Shown: positions 1-8,022, counted from the stretch's first letter. The stretch: 50,138 nt of DNA from Clostridia bacterium (GCA_030637025.1 DAOVVV010000001.1:1-50138), one strand, 5' to 3'. Made by a program: numbers and translations. The notes: generated by a model not told the origin, from the sequence alone.

Positions 1-98
1 ACCGCTTTTACAGGCATTTTCAGATTTTGATATTCAAAGAACAGAGCCAGATGCTCAAATGCCCTTATTTTAAAGGCAAAAACATCGGGACAGTAGTG
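1..98 (+). mobile_element. Probable right end of an IS4-family insertion sequence (transposase C-terminus plus terminal inverted repeat), truncated by the window edge
   Basis: Frame 2..73 reads PLLQAFSDFDIQRTEPDAQMPLF*, resembling (from recall) the 'P.LQA...Q..LF*' tail of IS4/DUF4372 transposases. It is followed 12 nt later by CGGGACAGTAGTG (86-98), resembling the GGACAGTAGTG/GGACACTAGTG termini of that group. Only a fragment is visible. Confidence 0.5.
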
Positions 99-125
99 CC
101 CTAACCCCCTTTTTCAAAGGGGGAA
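99..125. repeat. Short hairpin repeat CCCTAACCCCCTTTTTCAAAGGGGGAA
   Basis: CCCCCTTT-TTC-AAAGGGGG inverted repeat. A degenerate partial copy (TTTTTCAAAGGGGAAAAATT) lies at ~4079-4098. Confidence 0.55.
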
Positions 126-129
126 ATTT

Positions 130-471
130 GTTTGCGTCATACATTGTCATAAACGCAAACGGATAAATCCGAAATCCTAATATCTAAATCCTAAACAAAT
201 CCAAAATTCAAAACAAAAAAATAAAGGTAAAATGTGTTTCGAACGATATAGCAAATTTTAGCGAAAATAAGCGTTAAAAAAATAAGCCTGTCTGAGCAAA
301 GCGAGTTGCTTATTTTTAGCTTGTTTTTGCGTGCCCGCAGGGTAAAATTATGCGTCCAGAGAGAAACATATTTTGCCTTTGTTTTCCCTGTTCTAACTCA
401 TGGCTCCTAAATACTATATCGCAAATAGTCATAAACGATGTTTGACTATTCTTAATGCTATATCTACAAAC
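130..471 (+). repeat. Composite structured repeat, copy 1 (168-nt rod core at 218-385)
   Basis: Colinear high-identity match to ~3758-4074 and, for the core, to 19466-19633. Nested inverted repeats with compensatory substitutions between copies. Confidence 0.95.
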
Positions 472-491
472 TGTTTTTTGCCATTCACAGT

Positions 492-544
492 CTTTTATCT
501 GTTGTCTATGGACTATGGACTATTTGTTGCCTTTCGTCTGTTGT
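492..544. repeat. 7-nt-period array (CTTTTAT-CTGTTGT-CTATGGA-CTATGGA-CTAT...) overlapping the kdsB stop codon
   Basis: The same units recur at 3605-3657 and 19749-19835. Confidence 0.85.
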
Positions 545-1272
545 CTAACTATTTCCCTCACTTTTTCTAAGTCCTGAGGGGTATCTACGCTAATGGAATT
601 ATAATCACTAATCATTACTTTTATTTTATATCCGTTATCTAAAAAACGTAATTGCTCCAGTTGTTCTATTTGTTCTAAATTACTCGGGGACATCAAGTCA
701 AAATTTATAAGAAAGTCTTTTTTATAAGCATAAATTCCCAGGTGTTTATAATATTGAGGTCTGGGGGCCATTTTGTCTTCATCCCGAACAAAAGGAATGG
801 TCGCCCGGGAAAAATATAAAGCAAAATCAAACTTATCTATCACCACTTTTACAATGTTCGGGTCTTTTATTTCATTTTTATCAGAAATACTTGTAACTGC
901 GGTAGATATGGACACATCCGAATTTTCCGTGAACGGTTGTACTACCAAATCAATCACTTCAGGAGAAATTAAAGGTTCATCCCCCTGAATATTTACGAAA
1001 ACATCATATTCTAATGTTTTGACAATTTCGGACAATCTTTCTGTGCCGCTATTACAACAGGGAGAACTCGTAATCACCCTTATTCCTGCTTTCTCCACCA
1101 CTTCCTTAATACGATTGTCATCGGTAGTAACAAAAACATCTTCCAGCTTTTTTGCTTTTTTAGCCTGTTCATAAACCCACAACACCATTGGTTTACCCAA
1201 AATACCGGCTAAAGGTTTACCCGGCAGTCTGGTAGAATTATATCTAACCGGAATAATTCCTGCTACTTTCAT
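520..1272 (-). CDS. kdsB: 3-deoxy-manno-octulosonate cytidylyltransferase (CMP-Kdo synthetase)
   Basis: IIPVRYNSTRLPGKPLA, SGTER, VNIQGDEPLI, ALYFSRATIP, KHLGIYAY, EQLEQLRFL and SVDTPQDL motifs; 250 aa. Confidence 0.96.
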   Translation of the reverse strand: MKVAGIIPVRYNSTRLPGKPLAGILGKPMVLWVYEQAKKAKKLEDVFVTTDDNRIKEVVEKAGIRVITSSPCCNSGTERLSEIVKTLEYDVFVNIQGDEPLISPEVIDLVVQPFTENSDVSISTAVTSISDKNEIKDPNIVKVVIDKFDFALYFSRATIPFVRDEDKMAPRPQYYKHLGIYAYKKDFLINFDLMSPSNLEQIEQLEQLRFLDNGYKIKVMISDYNSISVDTPQDLEKVREIVRQQTKGNK

Positions 1273-1287
1273 TTTATTTTACCTTTG

Positions 1288-2292
1288 TTAACCTCTATTT
1301 ACTTTTTTCATTGCTTTTTTTATCTCTTCTATACTAACAGTAGCTGTCCCTAATTTTCCCACTACGATACCCGCCGCATAATTTGCAATATAAGCAGCAT
1401 CAAGAAAACTATTTTTCTTTACTGCCAGACATAAAGCAAAAACACTAATTACCGTATCCCCTGCACCGGTAACATCGTAAACTTCCCGTGCCACCGTGGA
1501 AATATGGGTTATTCTTCCTTTTTTTTCAAATAAAGTCATTCCCTCTTCACCCCGGGTAATTAAAAGGGATTGACAATTTAACCTTTTCATTAGTTTTCTC
1601 CCTGCCATCAATAAACTTTTTTCATCATTAATTTTAAGGTGTATTGCCTCTCCTGCTTCATGATGATTAGGGGTAATTCCCGTCACTTTTTTATAAAGCA
1701 AAAAATGTTCTATTTTAGGGTCTACCAATAGAGGAATTCCTGATTTATAAGCTTTATTTACAATAAATCCAAGAATTTTACGATTAATAACCCCTTTTCC
1801 ATAGTCCGAAATAATAATTGCATCTATATTAGAAAACACTTTATTAATATATTCTATAACACGCTTACTCATCTTTTCAGATAAAGTATTTTTAACTTCT
1901 TTATCCGTCCTAACTACTTGCTGATGATCAGCTATAATTCTGGTCTTTAAAATAGTAGGGCGGGAAGAATCAACAAGTATACCGGAAGTTTCTATACCCT
2001 TATTTTTAAATTCCTCTATCAATCTTTTCCCTACTAAATCTTCCCCGATAACCCCACAAAGCAATACTTCGCTTCCTAATGCCCAAAGGTTATTAACCAC
2101 ATTACCTGCCCCTCCCGGCATATATTTTTCTTCTTTTATTTCTACTACCGGGACCGGTGCTTCGGCAGAAATACGGGAAACTTTTCCAAAAACAAATTTA
2201 TCTACTATAATATCTCCCAGCACTAAGATTTTTTTCCCGCTAAATCCATCCATAACCCGATATAAGTTTTTTATCCGCTCTTTTGATATCAT
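1288..2292 (-). CDS. rfaE1: D-glycero-beta-D-manno-heptose-7-phosphate kinase (RfaE/HldE domain I, PfkB family)
   Basis: VLGDIIVD...RISAEAPVPVV, PGGAGNV, ISDYGKG, VDPK, TPNHHE, VYDVTGAGDTV and VVGKLGTATV motifs; no fused adenylyltransferase domain. Confidence 0.93.
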   Translation of the reverse strand: MISKERIKNLYRVMDGFSGKKILVLGDIIVDKFVFGKVSRISAEAPVPVVEIKEEKYMPGGAGNVVNNLWALGSEVLLCGVIGEDLVGKRLIEEFKNKGIETSGILVDSSRPTILKTRIIADHQQVVRTDKEVKNTLSEKMSKRVIEYINKVFSNIDAIIISDYGKGVINRKILGFIVNKAYKSGIPLLVDPKIEHFLLYKKVTGITPNHHEAGEAIHLKINDEKSLLMAGRKLMKRLNCQSLLITRGEEGMTLFEKKGRITHISTVAREVYDVTGAGDTVISVFALCLAVKKNSFLDAAYIANYAAGIVVGKLGTATVSIEEIKKAMKKVNRG

Positions 2293-2335
2293 AAAAAATT
2301 CTTACCCCTTATTTTAAATTAATTTAATTATCCTC

Positions 2336-2364
2336 ATTCTACTAAATTTTTACTTTTTTTCCAA
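2336..2364 (-). promoter_or_regulatory. Possible sigma70 promoter upstream of rfaE1
   Basis: Minus strand reads TTGGAA-N17-TAGAAT, 44 nt upstream of the ATG. Chance matches are common in AT-rich DNA. Confidence 0.3.
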
Positions 2365-2372
2365 ATAAAATT

Positions 2373-3437
2373 TTATTTCTTTAATTTTACCAAAACAGCT
2401 ACAATTGAACCTACCATAATCTTACTTTCCATTAAAACAGGCATCTTTCTGCTGTCATTAGTCACCCATATCCAAAGCCGTCCCTTTTGTTTAAAAATTC
2501 CTTCCTCCCTTAGAACCGGTTCAATACAAACCGTCCGGAATTTACCTGCTTTTGTTTTTACTATCTCTTCCTTGGAAACTTTTACCCGCAAAGCCCAGTT
2601 TTTTTTGTCGGTATTTACATCAATATCATATTTTTCACCTACCTCAATATCATGAGTGCGTAAATAATAAAGAGCAGATAAGACATCCTGAACAAACGGA
2701 ACGACTTTAACTACATTCCCGTTGGTAATAGCCAAATGATTCTTTTGATCATAAATCGTTTCTTTCAGGGAATGATACTTACCTTCGTTTAATTCTTTTC
2801 TAAATCGCCAACTGCAGATACTTTCTACATCGACAAAAGTTTCTACTGTATCTCTTACCTTATAAATTTTATCAAAAAAGGAAGTGGAACGAGTCTTAGC
2901 AACTATATGATATACCTTGCGGCCATTAATTTCTAAAATTTCACGCACCTCTAAAGTAGAATAACCGGCAGTTATTGCACCCCATTTTATGGCAAAAGTT
3001 AATTTTTCCCCTACCCGAAAAGCATTATTTTCTACTTTGCGCCATTTAAATTCTTTACCTTCGGCAAGTTCCTTTTGGTTAAAAACCTGTTCTGTTTTAT
3101 CTTTTTCAGGAATAGACTCTTTTACTTTTTGCTGTTTATCTTCTCCCTTTTTAATACTTGATAATTTCTGTGCTTCATGATCTTCTGTCATTGTTTTTTT
3201 AATATCTAAACTGCTTAAACTTTCCTTTATTTTTTTTTGATCAATAGCTTCGGTCTTCCGCACCATAGTAGGTAATTTCTCCTCAGAAAGTTGCTTCGTT
3301 TTGTCTTTTTCTAATTTTTCTTCCTGCATAATTACTTTCTTGTATTTCCTGTCTTTTTTAATTCTTGATCTATACCTGCCAGAAGTGCAGGCACTAAACA
3401 TCAACAAAAAAACAAAAAAAATAATTTTGTATTTCAT
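2373..3437 (-). CDS. DUF3108-domain lipoprotein with a long charged N-terminal linker
   Basis: Lipobox-like LMFSAC; ~110-aa K/E-rich linker; then AFRVGEKLTFAIKWG...QDVLSALYYLR...GKFRTV...IWVTNDSRKMPV, typical of DUF3108. Confidence 0.8.
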   Translation of the reverse strand: MKYKIIFFVFLLMFSACTSGRYRSRIKKDRKYKKVIMQEEKLEKDKTKQLSEEKLPTMVRKTEAIDQKKIKESLSSLDIKKTMTEDHEAQKLSSIKKGEDKQQKVKESIPEKDKTEQVFNQKELAEGKEFKWRKVENNAFRVGEKLTFAIKWGAITAGYSTLEVREILEINGRKVYHIVAKTRSTSFFDKIYKVRDTVETFVDVESICSWRFRKELNEGKYHSLKETIYDQKNHLAITNGNVVKVVPFVQDVLSALYYLRTHDIEVGEKYDIDVNTDKKNWALRVKVSKEEIVKTKAGKFRTVCIEPVLREEGIFKQKGRLWIWVTNDSRKMPVLMESKIMVGSIVAVLVKLKK

Positions 3438-3569
3438 TGAAACACCCCCTTATAAGAAAAAATCCGAAATCCTAATATCTAAATCCTAAATCCTCCTTAC
3501 AAACTGGCGGACAGGCAAATCCAAAATTCAAAAAGTTAAATTCAAAACAAAAAAATAAAGAAGCCTTTC

Positions 3570-3592
3570 GGGCGACCAAGGGTCGCCCCTAC
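3570..3592 (-). repeat. GTAG-type REP palindrome
   Basis: Minus strand reads GTAG-GGGCGACC-CTT-GGTCGCCC: a GTAG foot plus a perfect 8-bp GC-rich stem. Confidence 0.8.
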
Positions 3593-3604
3593 ATTAACTC
3601 CCAT

Positions 3605-3657
3605 CTGTTGTCTTTTTTCCGTTGTCTATGGACTATCGACTGTGAACTATGGACTAT
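3605..3657. repeat. 7-nt-period array
   Basis: CTGTTGT-CTTTTTT-CCGTTGT-CTATGGA-CTATCGA-CTGTGAA-CTATGGA-CTAT. Confidence 0.85.
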
Positions 3658-3757
3658 TTTATTTTTGCGTGCCCATAGGGTAAAATTATGCGTTTAGAGA
3701 AAAACATATTTTGCCTTTGTTCTACCCCCCCCTCACAAATAGTCATATACTCACTTC

Positions 3758-4074
3758 GTTCGTGTCATACATTGTCATAAACACAAACAGATAAATCCAA
3801 AATCAAAAATTCAAAACAAAAAAATAAAGGTAAAATATGTTTTGAACGACATAGCGAATTTTAGCGAAAATAAGCGTTAAAAAAATGAGCTTGTCTGAGC
3901 AAAGCGAGTTGCTCATTTTTAGCTTGTTTTTGCGTGCCCGAAGGGTAAAATTTCGCGTCCAGAGAAAAACATGTTTTTCCTTTATTTTCCCTGTTCTAAC
4001 TCATGACTCCAAAATACCCTATTGCAAATAGTCATAAACGATATTTGACTATTCTTAATGCCATACTTACAAAC
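3758..4074 (+). repeat. Composite structured repeat, copy 2 (168-nt rod core at 3821-3988)
   Basis: Core aligns without gaps to 218-385 (offset 3603). Confidence 0.95.
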
Positions 4075-4133
4075 TTTCTTTTTCAAAGGGGAAAAATTAT
4101 TTTATAAGTCATTCACTATTTTCTTGCGTTTTT

Positions 4134-5393
4134 CTAAGTTTTCAAATATTTCCTGGGATCGGTAATTTTACCTTCTATAACTGAACTGGCTACGCTAGCC
4201 GGTGAAGCTAAGTAGATTTCAGCATTAGGATTTCCCATTCTACCTTTGAAATTACGGTTAGCCGTAGAAATAACTTTCTCTCCATCAGCAGGAACCCCGT
4301 TATGAGTTCCTACACAAGGGCCGCAACCGGGGGTTACTATAACCGCTCCTGCTTCTACCAAACTTTGCAGGATTCCTTTTTCTATCGCCTCTAAGAAAAC
4401 ACTCCGGGAACTGGGAGCTACAATAAATCGCACATCAGGATGAACCTTTTTCCCTTTTAATATTTTTGCGGCAATCTCTAAATCTTCTACCCGGCCATTA
4501 GTACAGGTACCTAAAAATCCCTGTTGAATATAAGTTTCTTCCAGTTTACTGATAGGAGAAACATTATCCACTGTATGCGGCTTAGCTATTTGAGGTTCTA
4601 ACTTAGAAACATCATATTCTTTGATATTCAGGTATCGGGCATCTTTGTCCGGTTCAACGGGAGAAAAATTCCTGGAAGAATGTTGCTTTACCCACTCACA
4701 AACTTTTTTATCAGCCAACATTATTCCGCATTTAGCACCCATTTCAATAGCCATATTAGCAATGGTAAATCTCCCCTGGACACTTAAAGAATCTATTGCT
4801 TCCCCTGTAAATTCTGTGGCATTATAAGTTGCTCCGTTAGCACTAATATTCCCAATAATATATAAAATTAAATCCTTGGAAAAAACACCTTCGGGCCATT
4901 TTCCGAAACAGTCAAATTTTATGGTTTCGGGAACCTTGAACCAGTTTTTACCTGTAGCAAATCCAGCGGCTACATCGGTTGAACCCATTCCCGTAGAAAA
5001 AACATTAATTGCTCCATAAGTACAGGTATGCGAATCCGCTCCGATAACCAAATCTCCGGGAACAACTAAACCTTCCTGAGGAAGTAGTTGATGACACACC
5101 CCACAACCAATATCAAAAAGAAGTATCTTTTGCTGTTTAACAAAATCCCGCATTTTTTTATGTATAGCAGATACCCCCTGCAAAGGACTGGGAGAACTAT
5201 GGTCAATAACCATTGCACATTTTTTCGCATCAAAAACATTGTGCACCCCCATATTATTAAAACTATCAATAATTATACCGGAAGTTCCATCCTGCCCCAT
5301 GCAGAAATCTAAATCGGCAATAACTATTTCCCCGGCACAAACATCTTTTTTACTATGACTGCTCAAAATTTTCTCAACTATCGTTTTTCCCAT
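4134..5393 (-). CDS. leuC: 3-isopropylmalate dehydratase/homoaconitase-family large subunit (short LeuC/HacA type)
   Basis: MGKTIVEKIL, DH, GVCHQ, GADSHTCTYGA, RFTIANMAIEMGAK, GTCTNGR, PGCGPCVG, STANRNFKGRMG and YLASPA motifs with three 4Fe-4S cysteines; 419 aa. Confidence 0.92.
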   Translation of the reverse strand: MGKTIVEKILSSHSKKDVCAGEIVIADLDFCMGQDGTSGIIIDSFNNMGVHNVFDAKKCAMVIDHSSPSPLQGVSAIHKKMRDFVKQQKILLFDIGCGVCHQLLPQEGLVVPGDLVIGADSHTCTYGAINVFSTGMGSTDVAAGFATGKNWFKVPETIKFDCFGKWPEGVFSKDLILYIIGNISANGATYNATEFTGEAIDSLSVQGRFTIANMAIEMGAKCGIMLADKKVCEWVKQHSSRNFSPVEPDKDARYLNIKEYDVSKLEPQIAKPHTVDNVSPISKLEETYIQQGFLGTCTNGRVEDLEIAAKILKGKKVHPDVRFIVAPSSRSVFLEAIEKGILQSLVEAGAVIVTPGCGPCVGTHNGVPADGEKVISTANRNFKGRMGNPNAEIYLASPASVASSVIEGKITDPRKYLKT

Positions 5394-5467
5394 TTCAATT
5401 CCTCTCCGTTTTAATTTATAATTTACAAATTACATTTATTTACATTTTTATTGTTTGGTTAGTTTTT

Positions 5468-6613
5468 CTAAAAGTAATTTGCATATAATATTTCTATTTC
5501 TTTCACCATCTGATCAATATCAAAAGTAGAAGAAAGCATCTCTTTACCTTTTATCCCTATTTGTTTCATTGTTTCCGGATTGTTAAAAAGATAAATAATT
5601 TTTTGGGCCATTGCCTCTATATCCTTAGGGGGAACCAAAAAACCGTTTACTCCGTTTTTAATCACCTCTCTTGCACCGTCTACCCCGGTAGCTACAACCG
5701 GAATACCTAACGCCATTGCTTCCGGAAAAACCCGGGGTAATCCTTCCCATAGAGATGTTAAAACCATTATATCAAAAGTTTGTAACAATTGGGAAACATC
5801 TCGCCGCCAACCCGGTAATTTTATTTTTTCCTGCAAATTCAATTTAGCAATCAAACCCTCAATTGCAGGACGTAACACTCCGTCCCCGACTAATAAAAAT
5901 TTTGCCTGCGGCAAGTAACCGCAAACTTTATGCGCTAATAAGACAAAAGATACCGGGTCTTTCTGCGGTTTAAAACAAGCGATCATTCCTATTACAAAGT
6001 CTTTATCATTAAAAAAAAATTCTTTTCTTTTTTGCTTTTTAATTTCCGGATTAAATAAAAGTTCTTTGATCTTTATTCCGCTATGAATAACCACATATTG
6101 CCCGGGTTTACCGATTTTATTAGCTAACCCCTTTTTAATGTTTTCAGAGGATACAGTAATTAATTTTGTGGTAATGGAAGCAGTAATTCTTTCTACGGTG
6201 ATAAACAACCATTGAATAAACCGCTTCTGATAACTATTGAATCCAAATCCATGATAAGTATGAATAATATAAGCAACCCCGGCTAATTTAGCTGCCCAAC
6301 GCCCCAGAATACCGGCTTTAGAACTATGAGTATGCACTAAAGTGATTTTTTCTTTTTTTAATAAACACCAGATTTTAACCAGGGCTATAAAATCAAAAAG
6401 GGGGTTTATTTTTCGCGACAATTCCCTGACAAAAAAAACCTTATCCCCTAAGCTCAAAAAAACCTCTTGATCAAGTATTCCTCCTTTTCCACAAATAAGA
6501 ACAGCTTCAAACTTTTCCCGGTTTAAATGCATTAGGGTATATAAAGTATTTTGCTGTGCACCACCTAACTCCAACTTAGTAATAATATGAGCAATTTTTA
6601 TCTTTTTTTTCAT
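5468..6613 (-). CDS. Glycosyltransferase family 4
   Basis: HIITKLELGGAQ, VHTHSSKAGILGR, TSLWEGLPRVFPEAMALGIPVVAT (EX7E motif). Confidence 0.93.
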   Translation of the reverse strand: MKKKIKIAHIITKLELGGAQQNTLYTLMHLNREKFEAVLICGKGGILDQEVFLSLGDKVFFVRELSRKINPLFDFIALVKIWCLLKKEKITLVHTHSSKAGILGRWAAKLAGVAYIIHTYHGFGFNSYQKRFIQWLFITVERITASITTKLITVSSENIKKGLANKIGKPGQYVVIHSGIKIKELLFNPEIKKQKRKEFFFNDKDFVIGMIACFKPQKDPVSFVLLAHKVCGYLPQAKFLLVGDGVLRPAIEGLIAKLNLQEKIKLPGWRRDVSQLLQTFDIMVLTSLWEGLPRVFPEAMALGIPVVATGVDGAREVIKNGVNGFLVPPKDIEAMAQKIIYLFNNPETMKQIGIKGKEMLSSTFDIDQMVKEIEILYANYF

Positions 6614-6639
6614 TATTTTTGTTTTAAGTAGCGATATTT

Positions 6640-8022
6640 TTATCCCGGCAAATTATTTGCTATCTTCTTTCCCTCCAAAAGAGAATCTTCCATTGTAGAA
6701 TATTTCCATGAACCATACCGGCCGATAGAATAAATTTTATTGCTTTCCAAAAAATTATGAATTACTTTTTTGCTTACTGCGTGTTGGCGGTCATAAATCA
6801 CATAAGCATTTTTTATATTTAAAATCTTTGCAGTCAAAATCTTATCCTTTTTCTTTAAAACCCTTGCTTTAATCAAATCTTTAATAACTCTATCCATCAA
6901 TTTTTTTTTGTTTATTCCCTCTTCCTTAAGATCGGCTGTACCTTTTTTTCTGTCTAATAAAAAACCGGAAATTGTCTTACGGTAAGCTATTTCCGTATAA
7001 ATGGAACTTGTCCCCGGTGGTGTCATAGAAGAAGAAAAATTCATAGGGAAACCGGCCCGATAAAAAATAAATTCTTTTTCGGGAAAATATATCCAGTGTT
7101 TATCAGAAATATTCTTCCGGTTAATTCCAAGATTTATATTTAAAACCGAATTACATTTTAAATCCCCGGCCTTCTTTACTACCTGATGCGGAACCTGTTT
7201 AATTATTTTTGAAATCAATTCTTTTAGGGGTAAAGTAGAAACCAGATAATCATATTTTAATTGTTGCCCATCACTAAATTTAACATTTTTTTCCGATAAA
7301 CAAATTTCTTTTACCTTCTTTCCTAAAAACAGATTACTTTGCACTTTCCTTGATAAAGCATCGGCTAAGACCTGTATACCCCCTTTCTGGGGATAATAAA
7401 AATAACTGTTATAACCAAATGTTTTACCTTGCGGCATAAATGCCCCGGCCAATACTTCTCTTATTTTAGGAAGAGGAACAAACTCCCCTATCCATTCACA
7501 GGTCATTTTTTTAGGATGAACAGTCCATATTTTTTTATTATAAGGAACCATAAAATGCCGGGCAAACCCCTCTCCGAAAGCATCAATAATCCAATCATAA
7601 AAAGAACGATAAGTATCCGGCTGAAAATTATAACTATTCCCTCCCAAACAATATCTTGTCTTAAGAAATCCTTCTATGCACTCCTTTACGACTTTTATAG
7701 GAAGCCCGTATAGGTTTGCCTGAAATGGGTAAGGAGTATAAGTATCGTTAGAATAAATACAGGCCTTTCTCTTTATCCTTTTCAAATTTTTTTTTAATAA
7801 TTTTTTAATTAAATTTTTAGTATAATCACTTTTTAGATGCAATAAATGTCCTGTATAGTCAAAACCAAACCCCTGACTAATTTCCGAGCGGCATAAACCT
7901 CCGGCAGTATCTTCTTTTTCATAAAGGCCGAAAGAAAAATTACTATTTTTTTTTCTTTTCTGCTCAAGGTGATAAGCACAGGATAACCCAGTCAACCCTG
8001 CACCCAAAATTATTACTTTCAC
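6640..8022 (-). CDS. FAD-dependent oxidoreductase, probable NDP-pyranose mutase (UGM-like) family
   Basis: GAGLTG dinucleotide fold, GGLCRS, FDYTGH, YPFQANL, FMVPYNKKIW, FYYPQKGG, AYVIYD, IGRYGSWKY. The start is moved to the in-frame GTG at 8022 (RBS GGAGAAGGAG) because the ORF-track extension runs into a hairpin. Confidence 0.75.
   Translation of the reverse strand: MKVIILGAGLTGLSCAYHLEQKRKKNSNFSFGLYEKEDTAGGLCRSEISQGFGFDYTGHLLHLKSDYTKNLIKKLLKKNLKRIKRKACIYSNDTYTPYPFQANLYGLPIKVVKECIEGFLKTRYCLGGNSYNFQPDTYRSFYDWIIDAFGEGFARHFMVPYNKKIWTVHPKKMTCEWIGEFVPLPKIREVLAGAFMPQGKTFGYNSYFYYPQKGGIQVLADALSRKVQSNLFLGKKVKEICLSEKNVKFSDGQQLKYDYLVSTLPLKELISKIIKQVPHQVVKKAGDLKCNSVLNINLGINRKNISDKHWIYFPEKEFIFYRAGFPMNFSSSMTPPGTSSIYTEIAYRKTISGFLLDRKKGTADLKEEGINKKKLMDRVIKDLIKARVLKKKDKILTAKILNIKNAYVIYDRQHAVSKKVIHNFLESNKIYSIGRYGSWKYSTMEDSLLEGKKIANNLPG

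Larger units (their letters stand above)
3460..3750 (+). repeat. Rearranged copy of the composite repeat: left flank and 3' arm retained, centre replaced by a REP hairpin and heptamer array
   Basis: 3460-3490 matches 166-195; AAAACAAAAAAATAAAG at ~3544-3560 matches the rod's 5' start; 3662-3721 matches the rod's 3' arm (324-383); CAAATAGTCATA at ~3736 matches 422. Confidence 0.85.

Noticed and set aside
288-307. CTGAGCAAAGCGAG as a hammerhead ribozyme core
   Set aside because: The CUGANGA and GAAA core boxes and the three-way junction are not present.
218-385. Rod element as an integron attC site
   Set aside because: The stem ends lack RYYYAAC/GTTRRRY boxes, the intervening genes are multi-gene housekeeping/glycan blocks rather than cassettes, and no integrase is present.
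1288-2292. Truncated hldE pseudogene
   Set aside because: Stand-alone RfaE domain I kinases are common and this ORF is intact with all PfkB motifs.
3725-3732. Poly-C tract as a phase-variation switch
   Set aside because: It is intergenic within the repeat mosaic, with no evident promoter or reading frame affected.
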